A stretch of 64,000 bases of DNA from the NCBI GenBank assembly GCA_950097015.1, contig CATNEN010000038.1, positions 3,906,001 through 3,970,000 of the forward strand, given 5' to 3'. The notes below the pieces were generated by a model that saw nothing but the letters and a program-made list of their open reading frames with translations, was not told where the DNA came from and made no database searches. Made by a program: the position numbers and the translations under genes. Shown here piece after piece: positions 38,923 to 52,869 of this stretch (position 1 is its first letter; each line of letters opens with the position of its first letter). This stretch comes from Macrostomum hystrix (Eukaryota > Animalia > Platyhelminthes).

Positions 38923-39977
38923 TAGGCCTGTTCGGGTTTCCATTTTTTCGGGGTAGAACCCGAACCCGACCCGACGCGACCCCGAAATTCTACCTGAAAA
39001 AAACATCAATACTCAACTAGGAGTATATTTCTATGTTGTATAATAGAACTAACAATAGTTCATAGTTGAACTTTTTTCGTATTTTTTAAGTGCGCCTGGA
39101 AATTTACACCTTAGTATCATGTCGAGACACTGCAAATGGTTATATTATCTGCTTTTCTTCAAGGGCTCTAAGTTCTCTAACGTTCAAGGCTTTATCTCAC
39201 CATAGTCATGACCTGAATCACAAACTGTTTCAAAGGAATAAAGGCGAGAAAAAACAAGTTTTCTATTTTTTCGACTCTATTCAACGATGATTTTTTTCTC
39301 CAAAGATGGTATCGAATTGTTTTGTATCAGCTTTACATTTTATTTAGCACTGCCTCTCTTTGATTCTCTCACTCTCTTATTCCTCCAATGTGCAATGAAA
39401 TAAACGAAATGTTAGTTTTCAATGTTAAATTAATAATTGTGGACTCAGATGGAGCATCAACACAAAGCATAACTATAACTAGATCTTATCATATCATACG
39501 AGTTATAAAAATGCACAAAAGGAACTAATTAACAAATTTAACGAATTTTATGCATGATAATAATATGCTCTACATACCATAATACAACATACCTATTGAC
39601 TGTTTAATATTACAGACCTATAGACTACAGTACAGAGCCCGCTGGCGCTACTCGCATGTGCGCTCGATAGACATTTGTCTGAGCCCCTAAGAACGGTCTT
39701 TACACTGGCCTCACAAAACAAAAGAAAGTGTGCTTTTTCCAAACGGATTATTGACGAAGCCTTAATTAATAATTTGTGTAAATTGTTGCGCATTATAAGG
39801 TAAGGTAGCATACAAGAATGATATTTAAGCGATTGAAAAAAATATCTATAAAAAAACCAAGAAATACTCAGTTGACGCTTAATTTCGTTTTAACTCGTCA
39901 AAAAAACCCAAAACCCCGAACCCGGTACCAAAACTTAGCCCGAAACCCAACCCGACCCCGAACCCCGAACACCCCAA
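38923..39977. mobile_element. Non-autonomous hAT-type DNA transposon
   Basis: Perfect 8-bp TSD AGCTTGAC (38915-38922 and 39978-39985). TIRs TAGGCCTGTTCGGG and TTGGGGTGTTCGGG (rc). Subterminal ACCCGA motifs. Confidence 0.88.
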
Positions 39978-42159
39978 AGCTTGACTGACATCTTGGTTTT
40001 TCCCTGAGTTCTGGTTCTGTTTGGATGTTTGCTCAGCCGTTGCCGTTCAGAGTTAAGTCAGTTCCACACCGCACTCTGATGCCAAGCCAAAATTTGAACA
40101 AATTCATACCATTGAGTGGAAGTCGTATTTGTATTTGCAATTGTATTTATTCAAAGTCATTGCTTACTCTTCAGTTGGGCATCTATTTTCCTTACCTCTC
40201 CTTTTCACACGATCTTCAAACACTTCAGCACGGCTGTCAAGAATAGAACAGCCGTTTTACAGAGCCCTAGCCCGTTTTGTCGCGACCCGTGTATTCGGGT
40301 CTGTTCGGTGCCCAGTTCGTCAAGTACGTGTCTAATTGTCTCCACAATGTCACGCACCAACTTAATAATCGCTTTCTAGACTTCAGCGGACGATGATAAT
40401 TATCATTTTCTTGCTTACGAAGAAAGCATTTTTCCAATGCCCAAAATAAAAAACTTTAATCTGCACAGATGTTCAGATAAAAGGCAATCAATAGACATCT
40501 GGTTGAATGTCAACATTTAATCTTTCAATGAAATGATTTTCAAATGTTTTTAAGCCTAACTTCAAGTTCTACTTAAAGGTTTTGGGATTCCACATTAGAG
40601 ATAAGATCCTAAATACTCATGCATTTTGTTTTGCTTCAATCAGGCTATGAACGATTCCGCTCCATCACAAGCATGGCGACATGTGAGCAGCATTCGATTC
40701 GAGTTCTAACTCAATTTCAAATCTTAACTTTAGCCTCATGCAGGTAACTTAAATGGGTTGCTCCGTATTATACACTCGTGCTTCAACAACCAAAGCTTTT
40801 ACGACTCACTGCTCTCTGACAATGACCTCCCAGGCAGCAAGGCAAATCGAAACGCGAGCAACTGAACAACAGTCATATTATTTTCCAGTCGAGGTACTTT
40901 TTTAAATAAAGGCCTGGCAAATTCCATGCATGGTGTTTCTAGCATTATGTTATATTGCTGATTTCTATACATGCTGCAGCCCCCCTTAGAGGGTCCTGAC
41001 TGATTCTATGAACCTGCCACCGAGCAGAGATTTGGGATTTTAACTCGGCTTGAGAAAGCCAATTTCCTGGGAAAGACTAGGAGAGCCAGACAGATGGCAC
41101 TGCCTTTGGCTCATTACAAAGGTTTAACTGAAAAAGGACCGAAAAACGGAAAGGCGACTTCAGATATGCTAAATTTTTTCGGGCAGAAGTCCCATATGAA
41201 ACTTAGCATTACTCCGAATTCAGCTGAGGATTAACTTCACCAGTTATTGCTTATAATCTCCCCCTTTTCATTTGCACTTCCCGCAGAAAATATCATGTTT
41301 CCTTTCCCGAATCTCAAATTTGCTTGGATTTGCTGCAATCGATTTTGTCCGTCGGTTGTGGACATTTTTAAGAAGGAATTCTGTGAAAAGGCGAGGCTTT
41401 CAAAGAAAAGGAGAGAATCTAAACATGGAGGCGCCATATCTCACCCGCCCATGCTCATCTCGGTGAGCCAATCGTTGAATCAATACATGAGGTCTGGCGG
41501 GCTGCGCTAGGTTCCCACAGACCTCTCTGGCCTCGCAATATCAGTTTTCACAGTCGTTTGTCCTGCAGATATTTTTCTAATTTCATTCTCTGCATTCAGA
41601 TTCGCGAGAAAGTATTTGGCAGCAGGGTAGCAGACAAGCTGATAGAGCTTCGCGTAGAGCATTCGAATGGAATTCAATCGTTGGAGTTCTCATACTCACC
41701 CTCCTGATCCCAGGTGATTTGCCTTTTCAGTTCACTTTGCTCTCTAGACGTGCTGGAACCAATACAAATATCTGCGCCGTGGACTGACGTAATTTCATCG
41801 GGGAGAATAGAATGCTGAAATTCGTTTGCTCAGTTGCTGCCCTCAGGAGGTGCAAATTTCTGCTCTCCAGTTGTTGGTCTGGTGGGACTGTTGAAAAAGT
41901 TTACCTTTGGGAAAAATCGACCCACAGCTTTTCAGGCGATCAGTTTGTAGCTTGCAAAGTTTTTTCTTCTCAATTTCCTCGGGACGCCGAACTAATTAAG
42001 TCAAGATCCCAAGCAATGACTTCGCAGGATTAAATGAAGGATGATGAGGGATTGAGGCATTGTATAGAATTTCCACGGAGTAGCCTAACTGGGGCTATGA
42101 TAGATAAGGACTTAGATCACGAGGTATTTACTTCAAAAGAGACTCTGATACAACACGCA

Positions 42160-44185
42160 CACATATAGAGTAACAAATACCCAATATAGAGTAACAAATA
42201 CCCAATATAGAGTAACAAATACCCAATATAGAGTAACAAATACCCAATATAGAGTAACAAATACCCAATATAGAGTAACAAATACCCAATATAGAGTAAC
42301 AAATACCCAATATAGAGTAACAAATACCCAATATAGAGTAACAAGCACACAATATACTGTAACAAGGACACAATATACTGTAACAAGCACACAATATAGA
42401 GTAACAAGCACACAATATACTGTAACAAGGACACAATATACTGTAACAAGCACACAATATACTGTAACAAGCACACAATATACTGTAACAAGGACACAAT
42501 ATACTGTAACAAGCACACAATATACTGTAACAAGGACACAATATACTGTAACAAGCACACAACATACTGTAACAAGCACACAATATACTGTAACAAGCAC
42601 ACAATATACTGTAACAAGCACACAATATACTGTAACAAGGACACAATATACTGTAACAAGGACACAATATACTGTAACAAGCACACAATATACGGCAACA
42701 AGCACACAATATACTGTAACAAGCACACAATATACTGTAACAAGCACACAATATACTGTAACAAGGACACAATATACTGTAACAAGGACACAATATACTG
42801 TAACAAGCACACAATATACTGTAACAAGCACACAATATACTGTAACAAGGACACAATATACTGTAACAAGCACACAATATACTGTAACAAGCACACAATA
42901 TACTGTAACAAGCACACAATATACTGTAACAATGACACAATATACTGTAACAAGGACACAATATACTGTAACAAGGACACAATATACTGTAACAAGGACA
43001 CAATATACTGTAACAAGCACACAATATACTGTAACAAGCACACAATATACTGTAACAAGGACACAATATACTGTAACAAGCACACAATATACTGTAACAA
43101 GGACACAATATACTGTAACAAGCACACAATATACTGTAACAAGGACACAATATACTGTAACAAGCACACAACATACTGTAACAAGCACACAATATACTGT
43201 AACAAGCACACAATATACTGTAACAAGCACACAATATACTGTAACAAGCACACAATATACTGTAACAAGCACACAATATACTGTAGCAAGCACACAATAT
43301 ACTGTAACAAGGACACAATATACTGTAACAAGGACACAATATACTGTAACAAGCACACAATATACTGTAACAAGGACACAATATAATGTAACAAGGACAC
43401 AATATACTGTAACAAGGACACAATATACTGTAACAAGGACACAATATACTGTAACAAGCACACAATATACTGTAACAAGCACACAATATACTGTAACAAG
43501 CACACAATATACTGTAACAAGCACACAATATACTGTAACAAGCACACAATATACTGTAACAAGCACACAATATACTGTAGCAAGCACACAATATACTGTA
43601 ACAAGGACACAATATACTGTAACAAGGACACAATATACTGTAACAAGCACACAATATACTGTAACAAGGACACAATATAATGTAACAAGGACACAATATA
43701 CTGTAACAAGGACACAATATACTGTAACAAGGACACAATATACTGTAACAAGCACACAATATACTGTAACAAGCACACAATATACTGTAACAAGCACACA
43801 ATATACTGTAACAAGCACACAATATACTGTAACAAGCACACAATATACTGTAACAAGCACACAATATACGGTAACAAGCACACAATATACTGTAACAAGG
43901 ACACAATATACTGTAACAAGCACACAATATACTGTAACAAGCACACAATATACTGTAACAAGCACACAATATACTGTAACAAGCACACAATATACTGTAA
44001 CAAGGACACAATATACTGTAACAAGCACACAACATACTGTAACAAGCACACAATATACTGTAACAAGCACACAATATACTGTAACAAGCACACAATATAC
44101 TGTAACAAGCACACAATATACTGTAACAAGCACACAATATACGGTAACAAGCACACAATATACGGTAACACGGACACAATATAGA
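42160..44185. repeat. 21-bp satellite, about 96 copies
   Basis: Unit ACACAATATACTGTAACAAG(C/G). The left edge uses the variant ACCCAATATAGAGTAACAAAT. Confidence 0.97.
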
Positions 44186-45431
44186 AAGCCAAAAATGCAT
44201 GATACCAATTATAGTTACAATCCATTCAGCGAAAAGTTCTCCAACTACTCCATTAAAGGATCACAGTTCTAAATTATAGGTTTTTTTATGCATGGCCCGC
44301 TCTGACTGAGCACGCGGGTTAAACCCGGGTTTCCTTTGGGATTAAGCTGCCAAAGAAGCAGGGCAGGCTTCTCTCCGTGCTCAAGCGCTATGCATTCGGA
44401 CCACTCACGCAGCCAGTTGCGGCAGATAAGTCATCACACTTTGAAGGGCGGCAGCTGCTCTTCTTTAATAACTGACCGCTGGTGAAGAGGCAGCCGGCAC
44501 ACACGTGAGCGTTCCAGACACCCAGATGCAGGGGGCGCGTAAATTGAATAAATAAAAAGAAAAGTGCACCGGCCTAACTGAGACAAGGAGAGAGAAAACA
44601 GAGAGTAATATAGGATGAGACTTAAGGAAGAGTTGGTGAGTAATCTTGTGGAAACTGCATCCACCCAGCGCGTGGAGAAAGAGTTGGCTGATGAGCGAGA
44701 CGGATGGGATCTTGGAGTGTTTAAAGAAAAGCGAATAAGGGGATCGGGTGGACCTTACTTTTACTCTACTCTCTCACCTCTCGCAATCAGCCTCGCCACT
44801 ATCTGGCCTAACCCAGTGCTCAAATCTCAAACCTAGTGCTCAGATCTTGCACTGGGCCCCAAACCCTCACAGCCGTCCCAAAGGCGATGTGCGGCTAAAT
44901 AATTGAAAACGAAGATAATCAATGAGGGGTGTGGGCAAATGGGATTTTTTTCACAGGAGTAAAACATTTTTTTACAAGTGGAATCCCAGTGAAGGTGTTC
45001 CTACTTTTTTACGAAAGTTCATTTTAACTTTTTTCCACTTTAGAGTCGAGAGTCGAGTCAGAGCAGAGCGAGGCAGAGCGACAAAAAACTTTTTTCTTCT
45101 TTGTAGACGCTTTAATTGATTTTAAATTGGTCTGTTAGACGACCACGCAATCCTAAACCTAAAGTTTGAGAATCAAGTTGATGTGAGTTCTGCTCGATCA
45201 TCAATGAGAAAGCAGATTGGAGCTGCATTCAAAGTCAACTGGCCTGCTTGTGATAAAAAACTTCACGACTATTCAATATAAGAAATGAGTCTACTGGAAG
45301 CTGCACCATCGCACTCAATACTAGGCCCAGTTGTTAGAGCTTTAGGCGAATTCTCAGCGAGAATGCGAATTAGAAGGTCGGAATTAGAATTCGAACTATA
45401 GTCCTTGAGCAACACACAATTCCCAAGTGCT

Positions 45432-47851
45432 GAACTTCACCCAGCTGTCCAATGGGTAACAGCATCAGCTGGGGTAGACAATTTTGTGTCTGTGGCCCAT
45501 GGACTTCACCCAGCTGTCCAATGGGTAACAGCATCAGCTGGGGTAGACAATTTTGTGTCTGTGGCCCATGGACTTCACCCAGCTGTCCAATGGGTAACAG
45601 CATCAGCTGGGGTAGACAATTTTGTGTCTGTGGCCCATGGACTTCACCCAGCTGTCCAATGGGTAACAGCATCAGCTGGGGTAGACAATTTTGTGTCTGT
45701 GGCCCATGGACTTCACCCAGCTGTCCAATGGGTAACAGCATCAGCTGGGGTAGACAATTTTGTGTCTGTGGCCCATGGACTTCACCCAGCTGTCCAATGG
45801 GTAACAGCATCAGCTGGGGTAGACAATTTTGTGTCTGTGGCCCATGGACTTCACCCAGCTGTCCAATGGGTAACAGCATCAGCTGGGGTAGACAATTTTG
45901 TGTCTGTGGCCCATGAACTTCACCCAGCTGTCCAATGGGTAACAGCATCAGCTGGGGTAGACAATTTTGTCTCTGTGGCCCATGGACTTCACCCAGCTGT
46001 CCAATGGGTAACAGCATCAGCTGGGGTAGACAATTTTGTGTCTGTGGCCCATGGACTTCACCCAGCTGTCCAATGGGTAACAGCATCAGCTGGGGTAGAC
46101 AATTTTGTGTCTGTGGCCCATGGACTTCACCCAGCTGTCCAATGGGTAACAGCATCAGCTGGGGTAGACAATTTTGTGTCTGTGGCCCATGGACTTCACC
46201 CAGCTGTCCAATGGGTAACAGCATCAGCTGGGGTAGACAATTTTGTGTCTGTGGCCCATGGACTTCACCCAGCTGTCCAATGGGTAACAGCATCAGCTGG
46301 GGTAGACAATTTTGTGTCTGTGGCCCATGAACTTCACCCAGCTGTCCAATGGGTAACAGCATCAGCTGGGGTAGACAATTTTGTCTCTGTGGCCCATGGA
46401 CTTCACCCAGCTGTCCAATGGGTAACAGCATCAGCTGGGGTAGACAATTTTGTGTCTGTGGCCCATGGACTTCACCCATCTGTCCAATGGGTAACAGCAT
46501 CAGCTGGGGTAGACAATTTTGTGTCTGTGGCCCATGGACTTCACCCAGCTGTCCAATGGGTAACAGCATCAGCTGGGGTAGACAATTTTGTGTCTGTGGC
46601 CCATGGACTTCACCCAGCTGTCCAATGGGTAACAGCATCAGCTGGGGTAGACAATTTTGTGTCTGTGGCCCATGGACTTCACCCAGCTGTCCAATGGGTA
46701 ACAGCATCAGCTGGGGTAGACAATTTTGTGTCTGTGGCCCATGGACTTCACCCAGCTGTCCAATGGGTAACAGCATCAGCTGGGGTAGACAATTTTGTGT
46801 CTGTGGCCCATGGACTTCACCCAGCTGTCCAATGGGTAACAGCATCAGCTGGGGTAGACAATTTTGTGTCTGTGGCCCATGGACTTCACCCAGCTGTCCA
46901 ATGGGTAACAGCATCAGCTGGGGTAGACAATTTTGTGTCTGTGGCCCATGAACTTCACCCAGCTGTCCAATGGGTAACAGCATCAGCTGGGGTAGACAAT
47001 TTTGTCTCTGTGGCCCATGGACTTCACCCAGCTGTCCAATGGGTAACAGCATCAGCTGGGGTAGACAATTTTGTGTCTGTGGCCCATGGACTTCACCCAG
47101 CTGTCCAATGGGTAACAGCATCAGCTGGGGTAGACAATTTTGTGTCTGTGGCCTATGGACTTCACCCAGCTGTCCAATGGGTAACAGCATCAGCTGGGGT
47201 AGACAATTTTGTGTCTGTGGCCCATGGACTTCACCCAGCTGTCCAATGGGTAACAGCATCAGCTGGGGTAGACAATTTTGTGTCTGTGGCCCATGGACTT
47301 CACCCAGCTGTCCAATGGGTAACAGCATCAGCTGGGGTAGACAATTTTGTCTCTGTGGCCCATGGACTTCACCCAGCTGTCCAATGGGTAACAGCATCAG
47401 CTGGGGTAGACAATTTTGTGTCTGTGGCCCATGGACTTCACCCAGCTGTCCAATGGGTAACAGCATCAGCTGGGGTAGACAATTTTGTGTCTGTGGCCCA
47501 TGAACTTCACCCAGCTGTCCAATGGGTAACAGCATCAGCTGGGGTAGACAATTTTGTGTCTGTGGCCCATGAACTTCACCCAGCTGTCCAATGGGTAACA
47601 GCATCAGCTGGGGTAGACAATTTTGTCTCTGTGGCCCATGGACTTCACCCAGCTGTCCAATGGGTAACAGCATCAGCTGGGGTAGACAATTTTGTGTCTG
47701 TGGCCCATGAACTTCACCCAGCTGTCCAATGGGTAACAGCATCAGCTGGGGTAGACAATTTTGTCTCTGTGGCCCATGGACTTCACCCAGCTGTCCAATG
47801 GGTAACAGCATCAGCTGGGGTAGACAATTTTGTGTCTGTAGCCCATGGACT
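45432..47851. repeat. 69-bp satellite, about 35 highly homogeneous copies
   Basis: Unit ACTTCACCCAGCTGTCCAATGGGTAACAGCATCAGCTGGGGTAGACAATTTTGTGTCTGTGGCCCATGG. Confidence 0.97.
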
Positions 47852-49507
47852 TAACAGTTGTAAGCAGCCTTTGGAACGGCAATAGCTGCGACTGAGCTAC
47901 TGGCTGTACATCGATCTATCTATTACGAATGCACGATTTTTTTGCGAAACAATTAGCCAGGACTACAAAGTAGCTTACTACTAGTGGCCCTTGCAAATAT
48001 AATTGCTGTTGACAAGTTATGTACAGCCTGTCTGGGATCCAAACTGAGAGAAAAAATACTCGAAACTGTTACGAAAAGCAGTCCGCAGCTTTTGTGAACA
48101 CAATATTTCGAAATTTCATTCTATGCTGCCGTTCTTTAGTATTTAGCAGTACCAGTATTTCTTTATTCATCCTTAGAAATAGACTAGCTGCCTTCGCTAC
48201 CCTCTGGGTAGCCTCACTGGAGTTCTTATCAGTTCGTTATCAAAACTGGCTCTGATGCAATCATTAAAGTTGGCACTGGAGCCTCACTGTGCACAAGCTG
48301 AAAACAAGAATGCATTAGAAAAGCCTATTTAAAACTGTTTTTCGAATATTTAATCCCCTTGGCAATGGAATTAAGCTTAATAAAATTACGTGTACCGATT
48401 CGGGACCAATTGTGATCTTTTGGCGAAGGAATTGCGAAAATCGGTTGAGCCGTTCGGGAGCTAGTCGATTGCAAACATACATACATACAAACATACAAAC
48501 AAGATTTTCATTTTTAGTATATAAGACTAGCTGCCTTCGCTACCCTCTGGGTAGCCTCCCTGTGAGTTCTTATCAGTACGCGCGTGCGTTATCAAAACTG
48601 GCTCTGATGCAATCATTAAAATTGGCACTGGAGCCTCACTGTGCACAAGCTGAAAACAAGAATGCATTAGAAAAGCCTATTTAAAACTGTTTTTCGAATA
48701 TTTAATCCCCTTGGCAATGGAATTAAGCTTAATAAAATTACGTGTACCGATTCCGGCCCATTTGTGATCTTTTGGCGAAGGAATTGCGAAAATCGGTTGA
48801 GCCGTTCGGGAGCTAGTCGATTGCAAACATACAAGCAAGCAAGATTTTCATTTTTAGTATAATAGAAGACTAGCTGCCTTCGCTACCCTCTGGGTAGCCT
48901 CACTGGAGTTCTTATCAGTTCGTTATCAAAACTGGCTCTGATGCAATCATTAAAATTGGCACTGGAGCCTCACTGTGCACAAGCTGAAAACAAGAATGCA
49001 TTAGAAAAGCCTATTTAAAACAGTTTTTCGAATATTTAATCCCCTTGGCAATGGAATTAAGCTTAATAAAAATACGTGTACCGATTCCGGCCCAATTGTG
49101 ATCTTTTGGCGAAGGAATTGTGAAAATCGGTTGAGCCGTTCGGGAGCTAGTCGATTGCAAACAAGCAAGCAAGCAAGCAAGCAAGCAAGATTTTCATTTT
49201 TAGTATATTAGAAGACTAGCTGCCTTCGCTACCCTCTGGGTAGCCTCCCTGTGAGTTCTTATCAGTTCGTTATCAAAACTGGCTCTGATGCAATCATTAA
49301 AATTGGCACTGGAGCCTCACTGTGCACAAGCTGAAAACAAGAATGCATTAGAAAAGCCTATTTAAAACAGTTTTTCGAATATTTAATCCCCTTGGCAATG
49401 GAATTAAGCTTAATAAAATTACGTGTACCGATTCCGGCCCATTTGCGATCTTTTAGTGAAAGAATTTTGAAAATCGGTTGAGCCGTTCGGGAGCTAGTCG
49501 ATTGCAA

Positions 49508-49544
<37 letters not shown>

Positions 49545-49904
49545 ATTTTCATTTTTAGTATATTAGACTAGCAAGTTTTGCCCCCCTTCGGGGAGCACTA
49601 CTGGTCAGACAAAAAATCTTGTGCAATGCAGAAGGACAACACACCTGAAAGCAAACAAAAACGAAAACCTATTTCGTCAGTAATATTTTCCCTGATTGCG
49701 AATATACGTTATTGCGAATCAAAGAGAATTTGAATTCTCACTAAATACAAAAAACAGTCAGTCTGAGCTTGAATACATTCTGAGACATCCGGTCTGTACA
49801 CCAAGAGCCCCATTGGGGCAAAATCACACAAGTAGCTTACGTTTGATACAACTCAGCTTAATGCTACTGAGGCACATGTGGATACTATCCCCTCAGCAGT
49901 AAAA

Positions 49905-51592
49905 AACCAATGTCACCCAAGCAGCAGAGAACTAATGTCCCCTCAGTAGCAAATAACTAATTTCCCTCCAGCAGCAGAGAACAAATTCCCCCCCGAGCAG
50001 CAGAGAACTAATTCCCCCCCAGCAGCAAAGAACTAATTCCCCCCAGCAGCAAAGAACTAATTCCCCCCAGCAGCAAAGAACTAATTCCCCCCCAAGCAGC
50101 AGAGAACTAATCCCCCCAGCAGCAAATAACTAATTTCCCCCCAGCAGCAGAGAACTAATTCCCCAGCAGCAGAGATCTAATTCCCCCCAGCAGCAGAGAA
50201 CAAATTCTCCCCCCCAGCAGCAAAGAACTAATTCCCCCCAGCAGCAGAGAACTAATTCCCCCCAGCAGCAAATAACTAATTTCCCCCCAGCAGCAGAGAA
50301 CTCATTCCCCCCAGCAGCAGAGAACTAATTCCCCCCAGCAGCAAAGAACTAATTCCCCCCCCCAGCAGCAAAGAACTAATTCCCCCCCAGCAGCAAAGAA
50401 CTAATTCCCCCCCAGCAGCAAAGAACTAATTCCCCACAGCAGCAAAGAACTAATTCCCCAACCAGCAGCAGAGAACTAATTCCCCCCCCCCAGCAGCAAA
50501 GAACTAATTCCCCACAGCAGCAAAGAACTAATTCCCCCCCAGCAGCAAAGAACTAATTCCCCCCCAGCAGCAAAGAACTAATTCCCCACAGCAGCAGAGA
50601 ACTCATTCCCCCCAGCAGCAGAGAACTAATTCCCCCCAGCAGCAAATAACTAATTTCCCCCCAGCAGCAGATAACTCATTCCCCCCAGCAGCAGAGAACT
50701 AATTCCCCCCAGCAGCAAAGAACTAATTCCCCCCCAGCAGCAGAGAACTAATCCCCCCCCAGCAGCAAAGAACTAATTCCCCAACCAGCAGCAGAGAACA
50801 AATTCCCCCCAGCAGCAAAGAACTAATTCCCCCCCAGCAGCAGAGAACTAATCCCCCCCCAGCAGCAAAGAACTAATTCCCCACAGCAGCAGAGAACAAA
50901 TTCCCCACAGCAGCAAAGAACTAATTCCCCCCCCCAGCAGCAAAGAACTAATTCCCCACAGCAGCAAAGAACTAATTCCCCAACCAGCAGCAAATAACTA
51001 ATTTCCCCCCAGCAGCAGAGAACTCATTCCCCCCAGCAGCAGAGAACTAATTCCCCCCCAGCAGCAAAGAACTCATTTCCCCCCAGCAGCAAAGAACTAA
51101 TTCCCCCCCCCAGCAGCAGAGAACTAATTCCCCCCCAGCAGCAAAGAACTAATTCCCCCCAGCAGCAAAGAACTAATTCCCCCCAGCAGCAGAGAACTAA
51201 TTCCCCCCAGCAGCAAATAACTAATTTCCCCCCAGCAGCAGAGAACTCATTCCCCCCAGCAGCAGAGAACTAATTCCCCCCAGCAGCAAAGAACTAATTC
51301 CCCCCCCCAGCAGCAGAGAACTAATCCCCCCCCAGCAGCAAAGAACTAATTCCCCAACCAGCAGCAGAGAACTAATTCCCCCCAGCAGCAAATAACTAAT
51401 TTCCCCCCCAGCAGCAGAGAACTAATCCCCCCCCAGTAGCAGAGAACTTATTCCCACCAGTAGCAGAGAACTAATTACCCCCAGCAGCAAAGATCCAAAT
51501 TCCCCCTAGCAGCAAAGAACCAATTCCCCACCAGCAGCAGAGAACTAATTCCCCCTAGCATCAAAGAACTAATTCCCCCCAGCAGCAAATAA
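49905..51592. repeat. About 23-26-bp minisatellite with a variable C-run, inside Helitron unit 5
   Basis: Unit C(5-9)AGCAGCA(A/G)AGAACTAATT. Confidence 0.93.
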
Positions 51593-51689
51593 CCATTATT
51601 AACCGTTCAACATATTTAAAAACTTTAAAACGCATTAACAAAAGTGGTAATTATTGGAAATTTTTAGAAACATTTTGGAAACATTTGAA

Positions 51690-52265
51690 AAATGCTAAAC
51701 ACATTAGGAAAACTGTAAAAACATTTAGAAAACTGGTTAGCACAATTGAACAACTGATAAACACTTTTAGAAAACTATTCAACACATTTAGAAAAGGTTA
51801 AACACTTTTAGAATACTGTTAACCACATTTAGAAAACTGTTAAACACATTTAGAATACTGGTAAACACATTTAGAATACTGGTAAACACATTTAGAATAC
51901 TGGTAAACACATTTAGAATACTGGTAAAGAAATTTAGAAAACTGTTAAAAACATTTAGAAAACTGTTAAACACACTTAGAATACTGGTAAACACATTTAG
52001 AAAACGGTTAAACACATTTAGAATACTGGTAAACACAATAAGAAAACTGGTGAGCACATTTAGAATACTGGTAAACACATTTAGAATACTGGTAAACACA
52101 TTTAGAATACTGGTAAACACATTTAGAGTACTGGTGAACACATTAAGAAAAATATTAAACACATTTAGAATACTGGTAAACACATTTAGAATACTGTTAT
52201 AAACACATTAAAAAACTGTTGGACACATTAAAAAACTGTTGGACATTTATAAAACTGTTGGACAC
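51690..52265. repeat. 21-bp minisatellite inside Helitron unit 5
   Basis: Unit AAACACATTTAGAATACTGGT with decayed edges. Confidence 0.88.
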
Positions 52266-52869
52266 TTTTCTCGATTGAAATTGAGACAAGGTTTGATGTT
52301 TTATTTTTGTTGTAGTAAGAAAGGAGTAGATGTCTCGCTAGTATTGAACAGTATATCGTTGAATTGAAATCTGCTATGCACATTTAACCTATTCAAATCA
52401 AACACAAACACGCGGGTGAGAAAAGCTGTGATGTAATAATCTATTTATAAATTCGCACTGACAGTCTCGCCAGTGGGGTTGACACAGATCTGTACATTTG
52501 ACACAGTGAAATTCTTATCAGTGTACTCACTTTTAACAAAACTGGTCCTGATGCAATCATTTAAATTGGCAGTGGTATGCACGTTCACAAAACTGGCTCT
52601 GATGTAATGCATTTAAAATCCTATCTAAAACAGTTTTTCGAATATTTAAGCCCCTTGGCAATGGAATTAAGCTTAATAAAAATACGTGTATATGTGTCCC
52701 CATATTTGGCATCTTTTGGTGAAGAAATGGTGAAAATCGGTTGAGCCGTTCGGAAGAAAATCAATTACAAGCAACCAAGCAAGCAAGCAAGCATAGCAAT
52801 TTAAGGCCCCCCTTTGGGGACCTTAGCTTGAAGGCAACTTTACAATAATAAAACAGTATTTAGTAAGTC

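Noticed and set aside
45432-47851. Hammerhead ribozyme or CRISPR-like interpretation of the 69-bp array
   Set aside because: The core reads CTGATGC with no correctly placed GAAA. The units have no unique spacers and the context is eukaryotic with no cas genes.
42117-47885. Long repetitive ORFs (400-800 aa) on both strands
   Set aside because: They arise from 21-bp and 69-bp satellites whose unit length is a multiple of three. Several frames are open at once, which is not evidence of coding.
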